Assembly (NCBI GenBank): GCA_963737905.1
Contig: CAVTUQ010000014.1
Location: 121,953 to 185,952 of the forward strand
Source: an uncultured delta proteobacterium
Lineage (GTDB): Bacteria > Desulfobacterota > Binatia > UBA9968
Direction of reading: 5' to 3'
Length of the DNA stretch: 64,000 nt
Position 1 is the first letter of the stretch, and every line of letters begins with the position of its first letter. The position numbers and the translations under genes are program-made. Under the pieces are notes generated by a model. The model was not told the DNA's origin. It saw only the letters and a program-made list of their open reading frames with translations, and searched no databases. Positions 19,086 to 28,930 of this stretch are shown here, one piece after another.

Positions 19086-20906
19086 CTATTTTATAGGAAT
19101 ATTACGCCAAAGAAGAATTGGTTTTTCAATGTTTGTCCATACCCAACCAGCATTGCGTATCACTGCTTGTACTGATCCGGTTGCGTTTCCTGCAAAGGTT
19201 GCCGAAGCTACCGTCCAAATTCCTTGCCAAACGATATCCGGAAGTCGGACCTGATAACCAAATTGTAGAGTTTCGATCACATGCCCGATTGGGGTTGCCC
19301 CAATGGTCGTCCCAAGCTCTTGAGCGGCAGTTCGGGCGCCTTCTTTAAAACCCGACCAAGGGACGGAATTTGCCCCGGCATTTAAGCCCGCACTCCAGCC
19401 GATTCCAATGCCCAAAGCTAAACCCGTGTGTTTTCCTGCTGCATACGCTGTACTACATTGATCCACTACATCGCTCAGACCAATCGACGCCACCAATTCT
19501 TGCCGCAAGAGCTGTGAGATTGGAATCGCGCTATGCCCCAGAACTCTTTGCGTGAAGTTCCCCAAGTTCATGAAACCGCCCGACAAAAAGTCGCCTGTTC
19601 CGGCAGAGAAGTTAGAAACGTTGTCTAACCAATCAAGTCCATAAGGATCGACTCGCCCGACTGGATTATTACCAACGAAACCATAGAAATTGAGGCCGGC
19701 CGCAAAACCATTTGGATCCTCACTGCTAAACCGCCCGGTCGCAGGATCATAGAATCTGGCGCGGAAGTAAAGTAATCCGGTTTCTGAGTCCAACTCCCTT
19801 GCCGTAAACGTATATGGCTGAACAAAGTTTGCATCCAGTTGCGACTCGATCTTTCCAAACGAAGAATAGCTGTAGCGCTGCACCACGGTTCCGCTTTGGT
19901 TCGTTATTTCCGTGATCGAGCTTAGGCCATCGGCATGGTAGAAGAACGGCTGAGCGTTCTTCTCCATGATCAGCGGTTCGTCGATCCCAGGGCCGTGGGT
20001 GTAGCGAGCGACGATACTGTTGGCACCGTTCAGTTCGAGCAGGATGTCTTCGTTGTCGTACACGTATCGCGTCGTTGTTGTGCCCGCATCGATTACTTCC
20101 TTTTCTACCCTCCTCCCTAAACCATCGTACTTGTAGTTCACCGTCTTGGTTGCAGTCATTACCCTAGCTAGCTTATTTTCGGCATCATACTCGTAAGTGG
20201 TGACCGCTCCGCCGATTTTCGCGGTCTTTCGGGTAGTATTCCCATTGTTGTCGTACTGGTAGGTGAAGTTAGCGTCTTCCAGAAGTTGATTCGCTTGATT
20301 GAACGTCGAAGCACCATTCTGGTTAGAGTTCCCCCTGTTGCCCACGGCATCGTAGGTATAGTTTTCCAACGGATTTGACGGCAGCGGGTTAATCGCTTGG
20401 ACCAGGCGATTTAAGGCATCGTACGTGTAGTTTGCCGTCCCATTGTTGTCAGCCTTGGAATTCCGATTCCCCACTTTGTCGTAGGTGTATGTAAAAGAAT
20501 TGATCGTTGTGGCTCCGAGTTGATGAGCGATATTTAAAAGCTGCGACGCCGCGTCGTAGGTGTAGTTCGTCACTGTGCCGTTGGCATGGGTCATCGAAGT
20601 TCTTCGCCCAAGCGCATCGTAGGTAAAAGTCGTCGTCTGGCCCTTGTTGTTGGTCATCGATGTCAGCCGGTTCAAAGCGTCGTAGCTGTAGGTTGTCAGC
20701 CCGGTCGGATCGATCATCGAAGTGCGATTGCCGTTTAAGTCATACGTATAGATGGGATCCAAATCGTCCAATTTTGGATTGGGGAATAGGGATGAAGAAG
20801 AGGTGCTGCATGGCGAGATAGAGGTTCGCATGAATTTCGGATTTCGAGTCTCGCTGCCCAAGTTCGAAGGCGGGAGCAACCATTCTTGGTTGCCGGCGGT
20901 CGCCAA
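19086..20906 (-). CDS. C-terminal part of a giant RHS protein: second half of the YD shell, RHS-associated core and toxin tip
   Basis: YTYDLNGNRTSM.. YD repeats; YFRARFYDPATGRFSSEDP..NPVGRVDPYGL core; 182-aa tip at 19086-19634. Confidence 0.92.
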   Translation of the reverse strand: MATAGNQEWLLPPSNLGSETRNPKFMRTSISPCSTSSSSLFPNPKLDDLDPIYTYDLNGNRTSMIDPTGLTTYSYDALNRLTSMTNNKGQTTTFTYDALGRRTSMTHANGTVTNYTYDAASQLLNIAHQLGATTINSFTYTYDKVGNRNSKADNNGTANYTYDALNRLVQAINPLPSNPLENYTYDAVGNRGNSNQNGASTFNQANQLLEDANFTYQYDNNGNTTRKTAKIGGAVTTYEYDAENKLARVMTATKTVNYKYDGLGRRVEKEVIDAGTTTTRYVYDNEDILLELNGANSIVARYTHGPGIDEPLIMEKNAQPFFYHADGLSSITEITNQSGTVVQRYSYSSFGKIESQLDANFVQPYTFTARELDSETGLLYFRARFYDPATGRFSSEDPNGFAAGLNFYGFVGNNPVGRVDPYGLDWLDNVSNFSAGTGDFLSGGFMNLGNFTQRVLGHSAIPISQLLRQELVASIGLSDVVDQCSTAYAAGKHTGLALGIGIGWSAGLNAGANSVPWSGFKEGARTAAQELGTTIGATPIGHVIETLQFGYQVRLPDIVWQGIWTVASATFAGNATGSVQAVIRNAGWVWTNIEKPILLWRNIPIK

Positions 20907-23900
20907 TGGACGTGAGACCTGTCGATGAGTCGGGTCGCCTCCGCCTTCATTACCGGCGGCTGCTCAACGGTCGGCGCCAACAGGGCGAGCTGTTGTTCCG
21001 TATGGATAGTGCCGCTCTGGCCGTTGGGGGCACCTGATCCTATGCCACCGGTGGCAGTGACTTGGGTGACAAGACTAAACGCCGTGACATCCGCGTAATA
21101 TAGGGCTATCCTCCCACCACCTCCTCCACCACCACCCGACAACGTAGCCGCGCTCCCGTTCGCGCTCATCGACCCTGTCCCAGAAAGAGTACCAACATCA
21201 ATGCGTATTCCCCCACCACTCCCTCCAGCAGCGGAGCCGCCACCTGCAGGCGGGCCGCCATTGGCCCAGATGGCTCCATTTAGCACAAGCGTCTGCGCTA
21301 CAATGCGAATCAACCCGCCGCCATTGCCTGCATCGGCGCCATTAAAACCACCGCCACCACTGCCGACATCGTTGGGATTTCTCAAATCCCCATAAACCGG
21401 ATTTGAAGCTCCTCCACCTAGACCTCCATAACTTCCTCCGGCGCCTGAGCCGCTGCCCAACTGAAATCCCTGCGTCATTCCAGTCGTGTTGCTCGGGTTC
21501 CCCGGTTGTCCTCCGCCCAAAAACCCTCGACCGGTTACGTCCATACGACTCGTCGCATCGATGGTGAGAGAGTTGACATTGAGAAGTAGTTTTCGAAGAA
21601 CACTTGCAGTAGTCGGCGGATGGGTGACAACGCTGTTATCGGCAAGCTGAAGGGACGTGGAAGCATTGACCTCAATCGACTCCAAAGTGCTTCTGGTGGT
21701 TAATTGAATCGTGGACGCAAACAATTGGTTCAAGGCGAGTAAACGGCTATCAGTTACAATCTGAATATCATTCACAACATTCAATAAACTATCGACCTTG
21801 GCCTTTGCACCGCGCCGAATCTTTACGGCCGTAAAATTCAATGAAGCGGCCGGAATTGCAAAAACCGGCGTCGTTTCATTAGGGGCAATCAGATTATTGT
21901 TATCGACTATGAGTTCTCCCCTCTCTCTTCCCGAACCCTGTAAATAGACCGTACCGGCACCGCCATTGGTTGAACCCCCGCCAAACGTCGCGCCAAAAGC
22001 ACTGACATTCCCAAAATTAAAAGTCGTTGCATTTTGATAATACACAGCGACTCTGCCTCCACCTCCCCCACCTCCTCCCGACGATAAAGCCGCACTACCG
22101 TTTACGCTAATCGACCCGGTTCCAGAGAGCGTCCCGACATCAATCCGTATCCCGCCTCCACTGCCTCCAGCCCCAGCACCACTAGCCGGACCTCCGTTGG
22201 CTCGAATCGCTCCATCGAGTGCAATTGTCTGCGCTACAATGCGAACCAATCCGCCACCATTGCCTGCTCGGCCACCACTGAAGCTACCGCCTCCACTACC
22301 GATATCGTTGGGATTCTTAAAATCTCCATAAGCTGGATTCGTGTTCCCACCGCCCAGACCTCCGTAACTCGCGCCATTCCCTGAACCGTTAACGGCCTGA
22401 AAGCCAAGCGTCATGCCATTAGTCGGGCTCGGGTTCCCTGGCTGCCCTCCACCCAAAAACCCCCGACCTGTCACGTCTATGCGACTCGTCGTGTCGATAG
22501 CGAGAGAATTAACAGTGAAATCCAATTTGAAAGCCGCCGCAGCGGTCGTAGGTTCATGCGTGATGACAGCATTGTTGGTGACCGCGACTGAAGCAGCGGT
22601 GAGTGGTTTTGTAAGAGTCAGTGTCGAACTCCCGGAGACTTCTAGATTAGCAGCAAGATTGATTTGATCGTCGATCTTGACATTCGTAGTACGCCGAACC
22701 CGTAGATTACTGAGCGCCAGTAACCCGGAAGCTTGTGGAAGAATCGGTGTGGCTACCGCAACAAGATTATTATTGTCGACTATGAGTTCTCCGTTCTCTC
22801 TTCCCGAACCCTGTAAATAGACCGTCCCGGCACCGCCATTGGTTGAACCCCCGCCAAACGTCGCGCCAAAAGCGCTGACATTCCCAAAATTAAAAGTCGT
22901 TGCATTTTGATAATACACAGCAACTCTGCCCCCTCCTCCCCCACCTCCTCCCGACGATAAAGCCGCACTACCGTTTACGCTCATCGACCCGGTTCCAGAG
23001 AGCGTCCCGACATCAATCCGTATCCCGCCTCCGCTCCCCCCAGCCCCAGCACCATTAGCCGGACCTCCGTTGGCCCGAATCGCTCCATCGAGTGCGATCG
23101 TCTGCGCCACGATACGAACCTGGCCGCCCCCGTTACCTCCCTGATTTCCACTGAAGGCGCCACCGCCACTACCCACGTCATTCGGATTCCTGAAATCCCC
23201 GTAGAGCGAGTTCGTATTCCCGTTGAAAACACCGCCCAGACCTCCGTAACTCGCGCCATTCCCTGAACCGTTAACGGCTTGAAAGCCAAGCGTCATGCCA
23301 TTAGTCGGACTCGGGTTGCCTGGCTGACCTCCACCCAGAAATCCCCGACCCGTCACGTCTATGCGACTGGTGGCATCAATCTGGAGGGTCCCGGTTACTA
23401 GGATATCTAGTTTCTTTACGGTGCTCGATGTGGTCCCGCTCTGCGTAAGGATGGCTCCGTTGAGTAACACGAGATTGGCAAATGTATGAGATCCGTCAAT
23501 CGTCAGGGTTTTGCCGCTAACCTGGATTGTTCTTCCATCGAATTGTCTATTGTTCGCATCGATCAAAGTATCGGTGTTTATGGGGACGACAGTTTCTGCA
23601 AGCGTCGCTTCCGTGCCTGAAGTCGAAGAGAGTAGCCGGTTTGCCAGATCATATTGGTTCACGACTGCAACTACGGGGTTGGTCACTGTTGTAAGATTTC
23701 CAACGGAGTCATAGCTAAACATCGTAACCTGCGCGCCGACCTCGCTGGATGTGGCCGGACGCGTCTTGCTGATTAAACGATTTAGCGCGTCGTAGTCGAG
23801 AGTCACCGTCTCTCCATTGCGGTTGGTGGTAGAAGTGAGATTCCCGTTGGTATCGTAAACGAAGCTCTCCGACAGACCCAAAGGATTTGTCGCGGAGGTG

Positions 23901-26900
23901 AGGCGATCCAAACCGTCGTAGGCGAAAGTGGTCGTTTGATTTTTCGCGTCTCTGACCTGTGTAAGGTTTCCTTTTGGGTCGTAGCTGTACTGGGTAATCT
24001 TTAGAGCCGCGTCCAAGACGGAGATAAGGCGGTTCATCGGATCATAGACAAACTCCGTAGCTCTGTTCTCCCCATCTGTGGACTTAAGGACATTGCCGGC
24101 ATTGTCGTAAGCCAAGGCTGTAACGTCGCCCTTGGGATTGGTCGTGGTTACGAGATTACCCTTGCCGTCATAAGTAAAACTTGTGGTGGTTTGAATCGGA
24201 GTTCCAAACGCAGATGTAATAGAGGTTACAAGGCCGCGGATATCGTATGACACCTGGGTCCGGTTCCCCAAGGCGTCGATGATCTCGACCGGGTTACCTT
24301 TCTCGTCATAGTTGATCGTCGTCGTGTTCCCCTTGGGATCACGAATGGTTCTCACTTGGTTGAAGCTCGGCTCATAAGTAAACGTCGTCGTTGCGCCGAG
24401 CGGATCTGTCGAACTCAGCAGATTGCCCTTGGCATCGTAGGTCATCGTTGTAATTGCGCCATTGGAACGAGTGATCCGGGTCGGATTACCGTTTGCGTCG
24501 CGCTGGGTTGCAGTCGTGTGCCCTAGAGCGTCGGTCTGGGCGACGATTTGGCCCAAGGAGTCCAGAGTGAATCGACTCGGATTTCCCTTCCCATCGGTGA
24601 GCGTAGCAGCGGCATTCTGGCTCAGGACGATGGGCGCGGGATGGGTGGGAGTGCCCTGCCCGTTTGCGATATCGGCGAGCCCACGGATTTTACTCGAGGT
24701 TAAAGAGCGTGTCTCGCCTGTGGGACGGGTCGATTGGGAAAACCTACCGGCAAAATCGTATAGGTAGGTGGTGCTGTTTCCCCTTTCGTCGGTGCCCTGG
24801 ATAACATGCCCTTTATCGTCGTAGCCATAGCTCACGAAACTGCCGTCCGGATGGGTTGTGCGGATGAGATACCCGGAGGAGTCATACTGAAATTGGGTCT
24901 GTCTGCCTGATGGATCCGTAATTCGCTGAAGCTTCGCTCCGGCATAGACCAATGCAGTGACAAGTCCGGCCGGATCGGTAACTGCGGTCAGCCTATTGCC
25001 CGCATCATAGCTATAGTTGGTCGTGTTACCGCTGCGATCGACCACAGAAGTTTGATGACCTTGGGAATTGAAATTAGCTCTAGTTCCGTCTTTGAACGTC
25101 CGCGTGAACGTGCCATCGGGATTCTTGATCAACATGGAGAAGTCTCGCGGCGGCGAGGTAAATGTGTCCGGCCCGCCGGAGAAGAATAGAGCCGTGCCGT
25201 CTCCGCTCGTCAGCAACAGAGTGCCGTCGGCCTGTGGATGAAGCTGCTGCAGGCCTGTAACGGCCCAGCCTGCACCCATGGGGCTGCTCTTTCGATTCAC
25301 GACGATTACATTACCGCTTGCAATCCCACCGATAGACGAATTCAGATAGTTGCTAAAAACCGTCGCCTGGTAAGGATAGCGGCCGGACACCAGGTTGGAT
25401 GCATCAAACTGGATGGAAAGACGAGAGATAGAATCGGCATCTTCAGGAAGGGAACGGGCGTCGGTGAAGACTTCGCCGCCTTGCTGGACGCCCCCGACGA
25501 CCAGCCGTGTCGAATAGCTATTCGGAACCGCAGCGCGGACATTTAGCGTCGTATCCAATGTTATGATCGGCCTGGGATCAGCAGTTATGGAGCTGTAGGT
25601 GAGCGAGAGGCTCCGGTTTTGGCTGAGCGAGCGATAAGAAGGTAAATTGTGGGTAATGTAGAGACTTCCCTCTTCTAGATTAGCCTCGGAACCTACCGCG
25701 GTGCGGCAAGATCCGCAAAAATTGCTTCCTTGATTCGGTGTTGGTACCGGACTGCTCGCCAATGGAAAATGCCAGGCGCTGGCCGTGACTCCTCCCTCGA
25801 CGGTGATGATACTCTGGCCATCGGCAGAGATCGCCGTCTTGCCCACAATATTAAAAGTCCCTGTGTCAGGGCTCAAAGACCAAAGGTTGAGCTCGTTTCC
25901 TGGCAGCATGCCGTCCGCATTGGGGAAAGTCAGACGGGCTGGTGGATTGAACCTGATACCGGCGGGCTGGATTGTGATCGCCATTCCGGGCCTTAACTCC
26001 TCCGGCCTCGACTCCGGGCGACCGTAGTCAGGCACCGGATTGACCGACAGCTTGCCATTGAACGGCGTACCGTCGGCATTCCGCGCGGAGCCAGCTAGTA
26101 TAGTTAGCTCAACTCCGGGAAGATTCGAGTTGGTCACTACGGTATTGAAGTTGGAACTCACCTGGACTTCGGATTCGACATCGACGTCAGGAAGAGTAAT
26201 AGGAGAACCGAGTTCGTTTAGAACACCATCAATCAAGTTCACTGACACGGCAAGAATCGCGAACACACCAAGATGGGCTTCTCTCCCATTGACAATGAGT
26301 TGCTGCTTGCCCGAAGGAATCCCGGTAATAGTGAAGTATCCGTTGTTGGCGGAAAACCCTGTCTGCCCAGTGGCTTTTAGGGTTACCTTGACGTTGCCCA
26401 GGGGCGATTGGTTCAGGTTGTAAACTTTGCCTCTGACCGCGGTCGTCCCGCCAGGCGGAGGATTCGGGACGGTAATGGTAATTGTCTCCGAGGTGGAGAT
26501 TTGGCCGCTCAAGGCAGTGAAAGTGAGCTGATAGCTACCGACCTGCAGCATATCCGGCGTGAACGTGAAAACACCCGTTGCAGAGGTGAAATTTGCGTGA
26601 TTCGGCAGCGGCAGTGGAGACACGAACAAACTCACCGGACCGCCGCTCGAATTCGTGGCACTGACAGTGAACTTGAGCGTTTGGCCGAGGTTGACAGTTT
26701 TATTGCCGATGGGATTAAGAACCAGGCCGCCCACCGCGATCGTGGCTGTTGTCTGGGAGACGGCGGTAGCACCGAGAGCGTCAGTAACAGTGAGAGTGAC
26801 CCCGAAGGTTCCGGCCGTCCCGTAAACGTGGGTCGGTGTAGCACCTGTGGCCGCACCGCCGTCGTCAAAGTTCCAATTGAAAGTGACGCCATCTCCATCG

Positions 26901-28429
26901 GGGTCGGTGCCGGAACCAGAGAATTGAATCGGCACTCCGACATTGCCGACGTAAGGACCGCCGGCATTAGCTGTAGGCGCGTGGTTGACGTGAATGACGG
27001 TGATGGTGACCGTAGACGGAGTACTGTATAGCTGTCCGTCATTCACGACGAGCTGAAAAACATATTCCCCGAGACTGAGTGGCGTAAATGTCGGCCTTAC
27101 AGTAGTCGCTCCGCTGAGGTTCGCGTTTCCTCCAGGCTGAGCAATGATCGTCCATTGATAGGCTAACGTCGCCCCCTCAGGATCGCTGCTTTGACTCCCG
27201 TCCAGGGTAACGAGCTGACCGCCAAATACAGTCCGATTCGCACCGGCATGGGCAAGCGGTGGCGCATTGGGAAACTCGAAGGCGCCGGCATCGAAGGACG
27301 CCACCCGATCGGCGTTGCCGTCCGCCGGGCGGATGCCTTCGATTGCGAAGTCCGCCTCAAAGATCGGATTGAACGTCGGGTTGAACCCGAGTGTCCGCGG
27401 GTCGATCCCGACATCGATAGCAAAAGAATTTACCCTCAGACTGAAATCATCGTCCTCGCTGTTGGGCAAATTGTCCGGGCCGTTTAGGTTTACAAAAAGA
27501 TTCGACGCCACGTTGCAGCCTGGAAGCGCAGCCACGCCCACACCCTCGGTTCCCTGTGGTGTGAAATTTCCGGAATCCGTGGTGTCCAGAACCGGTCCGT
27601 TGATCTCACCAAGCGTGTTGCCACAGACAAGATTGTTGCGTAATTTGATACCCGCAGGTTGAGGGCTATTGGAACTCTCTCTTTTAACGCCAAATCTTCC
27701 GCCGGTTGATCCGGACGCCGTACCGTTTTTATTGATGATATTGTTGGCGATCGTAACGACGTGATTTCTCGTCACGTCGATACCGTTCCACTGGTTGCCG
27801 TAAATAGTGTCGTTGATAATGTAATGTGGCCCACCCTCGGCGTCCTCAAAGGCAATACCGTTGCGGCCGTTGCTATAGATTAAATTGTTCACGATCATCG
27901 TGCCCGGATTACCCCGCGCGATGGTTATACCGCCGTTGCACGAGCTGCTGCCGTTGCCAAAAATGCGGTTGAGCTCGATGTGGATGTCTTGATTGGCATT
28001 GTTACCGCCCATCATAGAGATCGCTTGCGCACCGGTTCCGGTAATCGTCAAGCCGCGTAGGGTTACGAATTTCGATTGTTTGAATCGGATCGCCCATTTC
28101 TCGGTACATTGCGGACCCGGCGCGCCGGTTAGGACAACTTGTCCGGGCGGAAGCGCTGGATCCGCTTCAATGACAATACGATCAAACTCGGTTGCATTGG
28201 GAAATTTATTTTTCTCGATCGCGACTTGTTCAGGATAGGTGCCGGTTTGGATGCGGACGATATCGCCGGGCTGTGCGACATCAACGGCGTCTTGAATCGT
28301 GGTGTAACAGGGAGCCTGTCCACCGCAGGCAGGATCCGTGCGACTGACGAAGATGATGCTCTGTTGCGACTCTACCGGCCGCGGACAGAACAATATGAAG
28401 AAGGTCACAAAGCCTAGGAGTTTTCTCAC
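20735..28429 (-). CDS. N-terminal part of a giant secreted teneurin-like RHS/YD protein (beta-helix, 2 PKD, Ig-like, carboxypeptidase-regulatory-like, plug, YD repeats, 3 Gly-rich repeats); probably one ~3,100-aa gene with 19086-20906
   Basis: GTG start with RBS GGAGG; Sec-like signal peptide; TIQDAVD..PGD.V.I..GTY.E beta-helix ending DAGAFE; NAPPLAHAG and WNFDDG PKD motifs; YD repeats ~25100-23630; overlapping frames at 20735-20906. Confidence 0.9.
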   Translation of the reverse strand: MRKLLGFVTFFILFCPRPVESQQSIIFVSRTDPACGGQAPCYTTIQDAVDVAQPGDIVRIQTGTYPEQVAIEKNKFPNATEFDRIVIEADPALPPGQVVLTGAPGPQCTEKWAIRFKQSKFVTLRGLTITGTGAQAISMMGGNNANQDIHIELNRIFGNGSSSCNGGITIARGNPGTMIVNNLIYSNGRNGIAFEDAEGGPHYIINDTIYGNQWNGIDVTRNHVVTIANNIINKNGTASGSTGGRFGVKRESSNSPQPAGIKLRNNLVCGNTLGEINGPVLDTTDSGNFTPQGTEGVGVAALPGCNVASNLFVNLNGPDNLPNSEDDDFSLRVNSFAIDVGIDPRTLGFNPTFNPIFEADFAIEGIRPADGNADRVASFDAGAFEFPNAPPLAHAGANRTVFGGQLVTLDGSQSSDPEGATLAYQWTIIAQPGGNANLSGATTVRPTFTPLSLGEYVFQLVVNDGQLYSTPSTVTITVIHVNHAPTANAGGPYVGNVGVPIQFSGSGTDPDGDGVTFNWNFDDGGAATGATPTHVYGTAGTFGVTLTVTDALGATAVSQTTATIAVGGLVLNPIGNKTVNLGQTLKFTVSATNSSGGPVSLFVSPLPLPNHANFTSATGVFTFTPDMLQVGSYQLTFTALSGQISTSETITITVPNPPPGGTTAVRGKVYNLNQSPLGNVKVTLKATGQTGFSANNGYFTITGIPSGKQQLIVNGREAHLGVFAILAVSVNLIDGVLNELGSPITLPDVDVESEVQVSSNFNTVVTNSNLPGVELTILAGSARNADGTPFNGKLSVNPVPDYGRPESRPEELRPGMAITIQPAGIRFNPPARLTFPNADGMLPGNELNLWSLSPDTGTFNIVGKTAISADGQSIITVEGGVTASAWHFPLASSPVPTPNQGSNFCGSCRTAVGSEANLEEGSLYITHNLPSYRSLSQNRSLSLTYSSITADPRPIITLDTTLNVRAAVPNSYSTRLVVGGVQQGGEVFTDARSLPEDADSISRLSIQFDASNLVSGRYPYQATVFSNYLNSSIGGIASGNVIVVNRKSSPMGAGWAVTGLQQLHPQADGTLLLTSGDGTALFFSGGPDTFTSPPRDFSMLIKNPDGTFTRTFKDGTRANFNSQGHQTSVVDRSGNTTNYSYDAGNRLTAVTDPAGLVTALVYAGAKLQRITDPSGRQTQFQYDSSGYLIRTTHPDGSFVSYGYDDKGHVIQGTDERGNSTTYLYDFAGRFSQSTRPTGETRSLTSSKIRGLADIANGQGTPTHPAPIVLSQNAAATLTDGKGNPSRFTLDSLGQIVAQTDALGHTTATQRDANGNPTRITRSNGAITTMTYDAKGNLLSSTDPLGATTTFTYEPSFNQVRTIRDPKGNTTTINYDEKGNPVEIIDALGNRTQVSYDIRGLVTSITSAFGTPIQTTTSFTYDGKGNLVTTTNPKGDVTALAYDNAGNVLKSTDGENRATEFVYDPMNRLISVLDAALKITQYSYDPKGNLTQVRDAKNQTTTFAYDGLDRLTSATNPLGLSESFVYDTNGNLTSTTNRNGETVTLDYDALNRLISKTRPATSSEVGAQVTMFSYDSVGNLTTVTNPVVAVVNQYDLANRLLSSTSGTEATLAETVVPINTDTLIDANNRQFDGRTIQVSGKTLTIDGSHTFANLVLLNGAILTQSGTTSSTVKKLDILVTGTLQIDATSRIDVTGRGFLGGGQPGNPSPTNGMTLGFQAVNGSGNGASYGGLGGVFNGNTNSLYGDFRNPNDVGSGGGAFSGNQGGNGGGQVRIVAQTIALDGAIRANGGPANGAGAGGSGGGIRIDVGTLSGTGSMSVNGSAALSSGGGGGGGGRVAVYYQNATTFNFGNVSAFGATFGGGSTNGGAGTVYLQGSGRENGELIVDNNNLVAVATPILPQASGLLALSNLRVRRTTNVKIDDQINLAANLEVSGSSTLTLTKPLTAASVAVTNNAVITHEPTTAAAAFKLDFTVNSLAIDTTSRIDVTGRGFLGGGQPGNPSPTNGMTLGFQAVNGSGNGASYGGLGGGNTNPAYGDFKNPNDIGSGGGSFSGGRAGNGGGLVRIVAQTIALDGAIRANGGPASGAGAGGSGGGIRIDVGTLSGTGSISVNGSAALSSGGGGGGGGRVAVYYQNATTFNFGNVSAFGATFGGGSTNGGAGTVYLQGSGRERGELIVDNNNLIAPNETTPVFAIPAASLNFTAVKIRRGAKAKVDSLLNVVNDIQIVTDSRLLALNQLFASTIQLTTRSTLESIEVNASTSLQLADNSVVTHPPTTASVLRKLLLNVNSLTIDATSRMDVTGRGFLGGGQPGNPSNTTGMTQGFQLGSGSGAGGSYGGLGGGASNPVYGDLRNPNDVGSGGGGFNGADAGNGGGLIRIVAQTLVLNGAIWANGGPPAGGGSAAGGSGGGIRIDVGTLSGTGSMSANGSAATLSGGGGGGGGRIALYYADVTAFSLVTQVTATGGIGSGAPNGQSGTIHTEQQLALLAPTVEQPPVMKAEATRLIDRSHVHWRPPATKNGCSRLRTWAARLEIRNSCEPLSRHAAPLLHPYSPIQNWTIWIPSIRMT
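21000..23380 (-). repeat. Three tandem Gly-rich repeat units (~0.87-0.94 kb period) inside the RHS gene
   Basis: Each unit reads R(I/M)DVTGRGFLGGGQPGNP..SYGGLGG..YGD..NPND.GSGGG..GGSGGGIRIDVGTLSGTGS..GGGGGGGR. 21903-22230 and 22776-23103 are nearly identical in DNA. Confidence 0.95.
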
Positions 28430-28497
28430 AGTCGCCTCCCGATGTTGAATTAAGGAGTCAAATCAAACCGGCTTATGAACCCCCAAAATGGCGGCCG

Positions 28498-28527
28498 AAT
28501 ATATTGATCGAGTATCTAGGGTGTCAA
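28498..28527 (-). promoter_or_regulatory. Putative sigma-70 promoter of the RHS gene
   Basis: Minus strand TTGACA-N18-TATATT, ~70 bp upstream of the GTG. Confidence 0.5.
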
Positions 28528-28930
28528 TAGGGCCTGCGAGAAATTAGCCCACTGAAGACAAAAAAAGGTTGCAGCTCTCATTGCGGTACAGGGTGGAGAG
28601 CAATCGGCTATTCTAACTTTTCGTTCGCATGCCAAGCGACTGTAAGCTTGACTTACATTTCACAGCTGCAAAAGTCGTGAAGATCTCGCCGGTGCGACTC
28701 CACGCGGCTACGTCTGAAAGCGTTTAGAAAGTAAAATGAAATTACATTTGGATCATCGTAAATTCACCAACTCCACAAGCAAGTTATAGCCGCGGAAGGT
28801 GCCGACTGAAATCACTGTATGACGACTTTACAACCGCTGCCGGAATTATCTTTTCTAACTCCTTGTGTTTGCACGCAAAATAAATGGTTGCGCTTTTGCT
28901 TTCGAGAACCTGGAAGGATTCTTCCTTGTT

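Noticed and set aside
21903-23103. Near-identical repeat pair as a diversity-generating retroelement TR/VR
   Set aside because: Both copies are in frame within one gene, differences are not adenine-specific, and no reverse transcriptase is in the window.
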